Of a stretch of 64,000 bases of DNA, positions 17,677 to 24,879 are shown piece by piece. A program made the translations under genes and the position numbers. Where the stretch lies: NCBI GenBank assembly GCA_905234755.1, contig CAJOIT010000007.1:50-64049 (forward strand), given 5' to 3'. Numbering within the stretch: the first letter of the stretch is position 1; the number at the start of each line of letters is the position of its first letter. The notes under the pieces were generated by a model. It did no database searches and was not told the DNA's origin. It worked only from the letters and a program-made list of their open reading frames with translations. This DNA comes from an uncultured Bacteroidales bacterium. GTDB taxonomy: Bacteria; Bacteroidota; Bacteroidia; Bacteroidales; ML635J-15.

Positions 17677-18357
17677 ATGGACTGGCGATTAGATAACATT
17701 TGTGTATATTGTGGAGCCCCAGCAGATACTCTGGATCATGTTCCTTCAAAATGTTTCTTAGATGAACCATATCCTAAGAATCTGAGAAGTGTGCAATGCT
17801 GCGGAAAGTGTAATCATAAGTTTTCTTCCGATGAGGAGTATGTTTCTTGTCTAATAGATTGTATGAAAGAAAAAACAAAGAACCCTAATATGATAAAAAG
17901 GGAGAAAACAAGGAAAACTTTATTGCACTCTACTAAGTTATTAAAAAGAATAACAGGACAATTTCGAATGTTTGCTGACATTGAAGTTTGTGATATAGAG
18001 AAGAGTCGTTTGGAATTAGTTATGTACAAATTGGCTTTTGGACATTTGGCTTATGAGAATAATTCTATAAATTGGGATTCAGAATATAAAGTAGATATGT
18101 GGTTGTTAGAAAATATGTCTAAACCTTTATTGAATGATTTTGAAACGCCATATTATGGAGATGTTGTTCCTGAAATTGGTAGTAATAGTTTGTCTCACAT
18201 TCTTGTTGGATTAGACGATTATGTAAATTATAGTAATTGGATAGTGGTTCAGGATGGAAGATATAGGTATTGCGTTTCTCCTGATAGCACAACAGTAAAA
18301 TTTGTAATCGCAGAGTATTTGGCAGTAGAAGTATCAGTTAAAGGCGATAAAAATTAA
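17677..18357 (+). CDS. HNH endonuclease-domain protein
   Basis: 226 aa. The N-terminal treble-clef HNH reads CVYCG..ADTLDHVPSK...CCGKCNHKF. The C-terminal ~150 aa are unassigned. Confidence 0.65.
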   Translation: MDWRLDNICVYCGAPADTLDHVPSKCFLDEPYPKNLRSVQCCGKCNHKFSSDEEYVSCLIDCMKEKTKNPNMIKREKTRKTLLHSTKLLKRITGQFRMFADIEVCDIEKSRLELVMYKLAFGHLAYENNSINWDSEYKVDMWLLENMSKPLLNDFETPYYGDVVPEIGSNSLSHILVGLDDYVNYSNWIVVQDGRYRYCVSPDSTTVKFVIAEYLAVEVSVKGDKN

Positions 18358-18435
18358 ATTGTGGTTATTGTGAATAATATATTGATTCAGATAAGATTTT
18401 TAATGGATTTTGCTAATAATAATGCTCAATAAATG

Positions 18436-18443
18436 TATATTTG
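18436..18443 (+). promoter_or_regulatory. -7 promoter box (TAtaTTTG) for the second MTase/REase cassette
   Basis: Exact TAnnTTTG match 21 nt upstream of ATG 18464. Confidence 0.5.
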
Positions 18444-18463
18444 CAGATTAAAAATAGATTGAT

Positions 18464-19525
18464 ATGACAAATAAAAAATATAAAGTTTTGGATTTATTCT
18501 GTGGTTGCGGAGGTTTGTCTAAAGGCTACGAAATGGCTGGGTATGACATTTTATTAGGAGTTGATTTTAATAAACCCGCGTTAGAGACATATCAGAAAAA
18601 TCACAAAGGAAGTAAAGCGTTGTATGCAGATTTGTCTGACGATAAAGCTTTTGACGAAATAGATAATGCAGTAAAAGGTAATAAAATAGATGTTGTCATC
18701 GGAGGTCCTCCCTGTCAAGGATTTAGTTTGACAGGGAGACGGCAATTTGATGATTCGCGGAACAAGTTGTACCTTGCTATGATTGAGGCTGTACGAAGAT
18801 ATAATCCCAAGGCGTTTATGATTGAAAATGTACCAGGAATGGCTACTCTGTATAATGGAGAAGTGAAGGCTGAAATTTTGAAACGCTTTACTGAAATGGG
18901 ATATAAAATGAATTTCAAGATAGTTTGTGCTGCTGATTATGGAGTTCCTCAAATGAGGCGGAGACTTGTTTTTATTGGAATAAAAGATTCTGAGCAAGAA
19001 TATCAGTTCCCGCAACCGTATTTGCTTCCAGACAATTATGTTACATGTAAAGATGCAATAAGTGATTTGCCGTCGTTAGTTGATGAGTTGGGAGATGAAA
19101 TATCATCTTATTCAGGAGAACCGCAAACCGATTATCAGAAAATGATGCGTGGAAACAATAAACTGTTGTATAATCATGTTGCTGTTAATCATAAGGATTT
19201 CGTAAAAGCTACGATTGCTCTAGTTCCAGATGGGGGCAATTATAAAGATTTGCCAGGAGGTGTCGGTGAAAGTAGAAAATTTCATGTTGCATGGACTCGT
19301 TATTGTAGTTATAAACCATCAGGCACAATAGATACTGGACATAGAAATCATTTTCATTATAAATGGAATCGTTGCCCAACAGTAAGAGAGAATGCAAGAT
19401 TACAATCTTTTCCAGATGATTTTGTATTTTATGGAAATAGGACACAACAGAATCGACAGGTTGGAAATGCAGTTCCTCCTTTAATGGCAAAGGCTATCGC
19501 AGAAGAATTAAAGAAGTATTTGTAG
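18464..19525 (+). CDS. DNA (cytosine-5)-methyltransferase (MTase 2)
   Basis: Motifs DLFCGCGG, PPCQGFS, ENVPG, QMRRR and GNAVPP. Confidence 0.9.
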   Translation: MTNKKYKVLDLFCGCGGLSKGYEMAGYDILLGVDFNKPALETYQKNHKGSKALYADLSDDKAFDEIDNAVKGNKIDVVIGGPPCQGFSLTGRRQFDDSRNKLYLAMIEAVRRYNPKAFMIENVPGMATLYNGEVKAEILKRFTEMGYKMNFKIVCAADYGVPQMRRRLVFIGIKDSEQEYQFPQPYLLPDNYVTCKDAISDLPSLVDELGDEISSYSGEPQTDYQKMMRGNNKLLYNHVAVNHKDFVKATIALVPDGGNYKDLPGGVGESRKFHVAWTRYCSYKPSGTIDTGHRNHFHYKWNRCPTVRENARLQSFPDDFVFYGNRTQQNRQVGNAVPPLMAKAIAEELKKYL

Positions 19526-19531
19526 TTTGTT

Positions 19532-20785
19532 ATGAAATTAAATACTATAGATTTATTTGCTGGTTGTGGTGGCATGACTGATGGGTTTGCTCAGGAAGGA
19601 CATTTCCGTGTACTTGGCTGTGTAGAATGGGAAGCTCCAATGTGTGAAACACTTATTAATCGCCTAAAAAACAAGTGGGGACATAATAATGCAAATAATG
19701 AAGTAATTAGATTCGATATTCAGAGAACGGAAGAACTATTTTCTGGATTTTTTGATGGAGAATATGGTATTCATAACGGACTTGATTCTTTGGTGAAAAA
19801 TCAAAAAGTAGATGCGATAATTGGCGGTCCACCATGTCAAGCCTATTCTATTGCAGGCAGGATAAGAGATGAAAATGGTATGCGAGATGATTATCGAAAT
19901 TTCCTTTTCGAAAGTTATATAAAGGTTGTGTCCCATTATCAGCCAGATTTTTTTGTATTTGAAAATGTTGTAGGATTATTAAGTGCTTCGCCAACAGGTG
20001 AGCCTATTACTAATATTATACGTAGAACATTTAGTGAGGCTGGATATAGAATTATATCAAATTTAAAGGATGCTCTTTTTGATGTTGCTGATTTTGGTGT
20101 TCCACAACATCGCCGTCGTGTAATTATTCTTGGAATACGAGAAGCGTCTTTTAATTGTGGACATGAAAACTTTATGGATGATAAGTGCAGTCAGATTTTA
20201 CAAGATTTTTACTATAATATAATGCCGTCATTTAAGACGAAACAATTTTCTACAGTTGAAGATGCAATAAATGATTTGCCTAAATTATTTCCTTCTGAAG
20301 AAATTATCAAATTTGATGGTAGGAAATATTCTCATTATCCAATAGATGGTGGTGGTTATTTAAATCACATTCCTCGTTTTCATAGTAAAAGAGATATAAA
20401 AGTATTCAGAATGTTAGCAGAAGATATAGAATCAGGAAAATTTGAATATGTGAGTACAGAAAAGTTAAAGAATTTATATACAGAAATTACAGGTAAGAAA
20501 AGCAATGTTCATAAATATTATGTTCTACGCAAAAATGCTCCTAGTAATACTATTCCTGCTCATTTATATAAAGATGGGATGCGTCATATACATCCTGATT
20601 CCAAACAAGCTCGTTCAATAACAGTAAGAGAAGCCGCTAGATTGCAGTCATTTGATGATGATTATTCTTTTCTTGGAGCAATGATGTCCCAGTACAAAAT
20701 GATTGGAAATGCTGTTCCTCCAAAATTTGCAAAAATTATTGCCAGTGGATTGTATAAACTTATTTTAAAATATAAAACAAAATAA
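19532..20785 (+). CDS. DNA (cytosine-5)-methyltransferase (MTase 3)
   Basis: Motifs DLFAGCGG, PPCQAYS, ENV, QHRRR and GNAVPP, with a long variable (TRD) region. Confidence 0.9.
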   Translation: MKLNTIDLFAGCGGMTDGFAQEGHFRVLGCVEWEAPMCETLINRLKNKWGHNNANNEVIRFDIQRTEELFSGFFDGEYGIHNGLDSLVKNQKVDAIIGGPPCQAYSIAGRIRDENGMRDDYRNFLFESYIKVVSHYQPDFFVFENVVGLLSASPTGEPITNIIRRTFSEAGYRIISNLKDALFDVADFGVPQHRRRVIILGIREASFNCGHENFMDDKCSQILQDFYYNIMPSFKTKQFSTVEDAINDLPKLFPSEEIIKFDGRKYSHYPIDGGGYLNHIPRFHSKRDIKVFRMLAEDIESGKFEYVSTEKLKNLYTEITGKKSNVHKYYVLRKNAPSNTIPAHLYKDGMRHIHPDSKQARSITVREAARLQSFDDDYSFLGAMMSQYKMIGNAVPPKFAKIIASGLYKLILKYKTK

Positions 20786-20789
20786 AAGT

Positions 20790-21812
20790 ATGTCACAGTA
20801 TTATATTCATAAAGTTGGAAGTCAAGAAATGGGTTCTGTGGAACGAAATAATGGTGTGCCACAGCGTGGACGTTACTTTCTTATATCAAAAAGATGTTTA
20901 GATTTTTTCCCGCATCTTTCTTCTGTTGCATTGAATGATAAGGCGCCAGTGTTTATTGTGCCGACATTCGCAGAAAATAATATCAAAGTGCTTTGCACAA
21001 TAGATTATCATAATCAGAAACATTCGCTTATTGATTATTCTGGGAATAATCCTCGTGATGAAGTTCGATTGTATATGAATCAGCAAATAGACCCTAATTT
21101 ATATTTTAAAACAGATGACCTTGCTGTATTTGAAAGGTTTGTTATGGAAGGGGATGTTGTTTATTCGCTTACTCGTATAAGACCAATGGAAGAAGGGTAT
21201 GATTTTCTACTTCAACATTTATCATCGAATGACAGAGGTCCTTATTATTCAAATGCCATATATGATGGGGTTCTTGATTTTATTCAACAGCCTTTAATAA
21301 ATGAGGATACACCTATTGCTATAAGTACTGATGCTGAGGAATATTTGGAATCTGCGTCTTCTGATATACTATCACATGAAGATGACGAAACTGTGATTAT
21401 TGAGCAGCAAATGGGAGGTCAGTTGTTTAATAGTGTTACATTTCGCCAATTTGTCCTATTCGCTTATGATTATAAGTGTGCTATAACCCGAAAAGTTATC
21501 CGTTATAATGATTTATGTAATCTTGAAGCTGCGCACATTAAGCCTCAGGCTCATAATGGACAATTCTTACCATGCAATGGTATTGCAATGAGTCGCGATA
21601 TGCATTTTGCTTTTGATAAGGGATTTTTTACGATTGATCGCAATTATAATGTTTTGGTGGCTGATGTGTTAAGAGGTACTGATTTTTATAAGGAATATAA
21701 TGGTCTTAGGATATTTGTGCCTCAAGTTGATTATTATAAACCTAATATTGCATTTCTTGAATATCATCGTAGAAACATATTTCAAACATTTGCCCAAATA
21801 AGGCATTTGTAA
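20790..21812 (+). CDS. HNH_2-family restriction endonuclease with N-terminal putative DNA-binding domain
   Basis: 340 aa. The C-terminal block YKCAIT...LEAAHIKP...NGIAMSRDMHFAFDKGFFTID is the HNH_2 (PF13391-like) pattern seen in R-M nucleases. The N-terminal RGRYFLISK...FFPHL resembles B3/EcoRII-N-like effector domains (weak). Confidence 0.7.
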   Translation: MSQYYIHKVGSQEMGSVERNNGVPQRGRYFLISKRCLDFFPHLSSVALNDKAPVFIVPTFAENNIKVLCTIDYHNQKHSLIDYSGNNPRDEVRLYMNQQIDPNLYFKTDDLAVFERFVMEGDVVYSLTRIRPMEEGYDFLLQHLSSNDRGPYYSNAIYDGVLDFIQQPLINEDTPIAISTDAEEYLESASSDILSHEDDETVIIEQQMGGQLFNSVTFRQFVLFAYDYKCAITRKVIRYNDLCNLEAAHIKPQAHNGQFLPCNGIAMSRDMHFAFDKGFFTIDRNYNVLVADVLRGTDFYKEYNGLRIFVPQVDYYKPNIAFLEYHRRNIFQTFAQIRHL

Positions 21813-22030
21813 AATTGTTTCTAGATATTTTTACAGATATGAACTATCCGCAATTTCCGAATAGTTCAATCTTTTTTTCATCCCAAATCTACATCCAAAT
21901 CTCATTTCCACCGAAGCGTTAGTTTTTTCAAATTCGATTGCGGGGTGGAAAATAAATGGAGAGCTATTTATGAAATATTATGTATTTTTGTGCGATAAAA
22001 ATGCCGATCCTGTAGCGATAAATAAATAGT

Positions 22031-23068
22031 ATGACTAATGAGAATAGAAACATATTGCTAAAATTGCTTGAGCAACATCAAGAGTCAGGCATATCGGAGC
22101 AGATAGACTACAACAAATTCTATTTGTATTCCATTATCACGCATTCTACGGCTATAGAAGGCTCAACAGTTACTGAAGTTGAAGCTATTTTGCTTTTCGA
22201 CGAAGGTATTACAAGTAGCAAGCGCACAGTGGTCGAGCAGATGATGAACCTTGATTTAAAGGCAGCATACGAATATGGGATGCAATGGATTTTGCGTCAT
22301 GAACCAATTACGGTCGAATGGCTTGTCCTGCTTGCATCAAAAGTTATGGCTCGCACCGGTAGTGAGTATCATTCTGCAAGTGGAGACTTTTCTGCTGCAA
22401 AAGGTGAGTTGCGCAAACTGAATGTTACTGCAGGATTTGGCGGCAAGTCGTATATGTCGTATCAGAAAGTGCCAGCTCGTCTTGAAGCTTTTTGCGAAGA
22501 ATTGAACAGACGGAGAAAGGCAATTGACGTGTCGGATGTGAGCGCTATATACGACCTTAGTTTCTGGGCTCATTACGAATTGGTGACCATTCATCCGTGG
22601 GCAGATGGAAATGGCAGGATGAGTCGTTTGCTTATGAACCTGCTCCAGATTGAGTTTGGCGTTTTGCCGACCAAAGTGTTAAAAGAAGACAAGGAGGCAT
22701 ACATACAGGCACTAGTGGATACTCGCGAAAACGACGACATAAATATTTTTCTCGATTGTATGTCTCGCCTTCACATCGCTCATCTTCAGAGCGATATAAA
22801 GCAATACGAGGTGGCTTTGCAAGATGAAGTGGACAGAAAAGGTGGACAGAAAAAGCAAAAGGTGGACAGAAAAAGTGGACAGAAAACACGCGATGCCATT
22901 ATCGCTCTCATTTCTAGCAATCCGCACATTACTACAACCCAAATGTCTGAGTCGCTTGGAATCAACCGAAGTGCACTTTCAAAGCATATCAAGCGTATGC
23001 AGGAAGATGGTATCATCCGTCGTGTTGGACCCGACAAAGGCGGTTTCTGGGAGGTGATTAGCGATTGA
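22031..23068 (+). CDS. Fic/Fido-domain protein with C-terminal winged-helix domain
   Basis: It carries the Fic motif HPWADGNGRMSRLL (HxFx[DE]GNGR). The C-terminal HTH-like region is ITTTQMSESLGINRSALSKHIKRMQEDGII. Confidence 0.85.
   Translation: MTNENRNILLKLLEQHQESGISEQIDYNKFYLYSIITHSTAIEGSTVTEVEAILLFDEGITSSKRTVVEQMMNLDLKAAYEYGMQWILRHEPITVEWLVLLASKVMARTGSEYHSASGDFSAAKGELRKLNVTAGFGGKSYMSYQKVPARLEAFCEELNRRRKAIDVSDVSAIYDLSFWAHYELVTIHPWADGNGRMSRLLMNLLQIEFGVLPTKVLKEDKEAYIQALVDTRENDDINIFLDCMSRLHIAHLQSDIKQYEVALQDEVDRKGGQKKQKVDRKSGQKTRDAIIALISSNPHITTTQMSESLGINRSALSKHIKRMQEDGIIRRVGPDKGGFWEVISD
22829..22886 (+). repeat. Four copies of GTGGACAGAAAA inside the Fic linker
   Basis: Copies lie at 22829, 22842, 22862 and 22875. 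They encode VDRKGGQKKQKVDRKSGQK. Confidence 0.9.
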
Positions 23069-23156
23069 TGTATCATTGATCCAAGAGCAAAAGGCATTGT
23101 GCCAATACAATGTATTTTTTTGAATATTGTACAATCGCACCACGGTAAGATTCAAC

Positions 23157-23250
23157 AAAAAACGAAATTAGATTCTGCCCTTCGACAGGCTCAGGGAGCA
23201 GTTCAGGATGACATTCCGTTTTTTAGAAACGGGCTTTAGCCCATAGAAAC
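23157..23250. repeat. Dispersed hairpin element, copy A (loop-expanded)
   Basis: aaaaaacgaaattagattctg[24-nt insert]ttcaggatgacattccgtttttt, followed by gaaacgggctttagcccatagaaac. It is homologous to 29628-29723. Confidence 0.8.
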
Positions 23251-23348
23251 GCCGTAGGCATAGAACGGCGTACTTCGGCTATGCTCAGCACAAGTAGCCC
23301 TCAACGAAGTTAAACAGCGTCAGCCACGGAACGGCTTTAGTCACAAAC

Positions 23349-24545
23349 CTAATACATCATTCCTAAAAGCCAAAGCGGAAGTTTTTTCCCTATGGGAGTT
23401 TCGATATTGTCGGCCAATATGTAGGAGTTTGGAATGTCGGCAATCTGAGAAAAATCCTTGTCGATACCGCCTACTTCTACCACCCACTTGCCATCAATCC
23501 TAAAGTCGCCATTTTTGTTGTATTCAACTGTATGTCTGGCAGACAACTGGTTCACAGCAAACGCTTCCCTAATAGTTCCTATATTGCTCTTGGATGTTGC
23601 AAGTGCATATATAAGATTGGTGTTGTCAAGATAAATCTTGTCGGGCTTTTGGAGTTTGCCAACCGATTTTGCATCGTAATATAATTGCTGTATTATGTGC
23701 GCATCGGCAAGATTTCTAAGGTAGGCGATAATAGTGTTTCTGTTTATGCCAGTATATACCGATAGTTTGCTTATGTCAACGTCAAATGGCACAGTTGTCG
23801 ATAAAATGTAAAGCAATGCCTTTATTTTCCGAATATTAGACGGATCAACCTTGCAGATTTGTGTAAGTTCCACATCAATAGTGAAATTGACCACTTGCTC
23901 TATTATCTGGTAGTAAGTTGACTTGTTTTTGCTGTAGAACGGATAGTAGCCGAATTTTAGGTATTCGTTGAAATATTCTATCGGTCTGCACTTCCCGTTC
24001 ACTTCGGTGCAGATGTTCTGTGGATTGCAAAGTATTGTCTCCAAAGATGCTGGCATTATCCTTATCTCCTTGTATAACCCGAGGTATTCCCTAAACGACA
24101 ATCCTTGCATTTCGTACGACACGCACCTCCGCGACAGGTCGGCATCGCCCATAAGTAGGTTAAGCAACGATGATGCACTAAGCACTATCCGCATTTCGGG
24201 ATAGAGGTCGTATATTTCCTTTATTTCCTTGCTCCAATTTTCATATTTGTGAGCCTCGTCAAGGAAAAGGTGCTTTCCGCCTTGCTTGTAGAAATCGCTG
24301 GCTAACGAAAGTAAACTGTGCGAAGCAAAGTACATCGTATCCAAAGAGCAATACAGGACTTCTCTGCTGTATGGCTGATAGTTGAGTTTAATGTATTGCA
24401 GCATAAGTGTGGTTTTGCCGACACCCCTCGGTCCCCGCAGTGCTATCAGATGCGCATCCCAGTCAATGTCGTCCATTATGCTTCTCACAAAGTTAGTCTT
24501 TGTGTTTCTAATCAATATGTCGTGTTTCTCGAAAAGTGTTTCCAT
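23349..24545 (-). CDS. AAA+ ATPase, AAA_14/DUF4143 family
   Basis: 398 aa from METLFEKHD (ATG complement at 24543-24545). It has Walker A GPRGVGKTT and Walker B HLFLDEAH. The track's longer start (24623) would translate the promoter and repeat array. Confidence 0.8.
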   Translation of the reverse strand: METLFEKHDILIRNTKTNFVRSIMDDIDWDAHLIALRGPRGVGKTTLMLQYIKLNYQPYSREVLYCSLDTMYFASHSLLSLASDFYKQGGKHLFLDEAHKYENWSKEIKEIYDLYPEMRIVLSASSLLNLLMGDADLSRRCVSYEMQGLSFREYLGLYKEIRIMPASLETILCNPQNICTEVNGKCRPIEYFNEYLKFGYYPFYSKNKSTYYQIIEQVVNFTIDVELTQICKVDPSNIRKIKALLYILSTTVPFDVDISKLSVYTGINRNTIIAYLRNLADAHIIQQLYYDAKSVGKLQKPDKIYLDNTNLIYALATSKSNIGTIREAFAVNQLSARHTVEYNKNGDFRIDGKWVVEVGGIDKDFSQIADIPNSYILADNIETPIGKKLPLWLLGMMY

Positions 24546-24581
24546 AAATAAATTTTTTGCAAAGATATAAATGCTTTTTAT

Positions 24582-24657
24582 AAATAGCAAATATTTATCA
24601 AAAATAGTATTTGCAAATAGCAAAATCTATTCGGAAATGCTATTTATAAATAGCAAA
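24582..24657. repeat. Three direct repeats phased every 33 bp, core AAATAGCAAA
   Basis: Cores lie at 24582, 24615 and 24648, exactly 33 nt apart. The outer two sit in 22-nt near-identical units (atgcttttta/atgctatttataaatagcaaat). The array is directly upstream of the minus-strand -7 box TAtcTTTG (complement of 24560-24567). Confidence 0.85.
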
Positions 24658-24879
24658 TTAGTTATATTAAACCACCATAAATAACGGATATGCAAGACTT
24701 TACATCTCAACGGACATAAAAACACTACCCAAATAATACCCTTTTACAATTTGTGGGAGTCGTTGTGCGCAACGACCCTACAAATGACCCTTCAAACCCC
24801 TTCCCAAAATATTTTCACTTTTCTTTCACCCATCCCAAATAATAAAATTAAATTTGTCCCCACATTTTTAATTTCGAGT

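Noticed and set aside
13166-23348. Integrative mobile element (ICE, prophage or transposon) annotation for the AT-rich island
   Set aside because: No integrase, transposase, relaxase, phage structural gene, tRNA target or terminal inverted repeats could be found. Only compositional bias and one flank duplication were seen, so it is reported as a finding rather than a mobile_element feature.
24546-24623. N-terminal extensions proposed by the ORF track
   Set aside because: The extensions cover 23349..24623, 24751.., 28181.., 37858.., 52348.., 55589.., 13231.., 17034.., ..44495 and ..52001. Each would translate promoter boxes or repeat arrays, overlap the upstream gene, or bury a signal peptide or catalytic Cys2. 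Internal ATGs give canonical N-termini (METLFEK, MKRKF-signal, MKHTIK-lipobox, MKKLIY-signal, MKLVGRKEE, MCGITGF, MSDVVKN, MANVLI, MEKLIIT, MSEYLEE).
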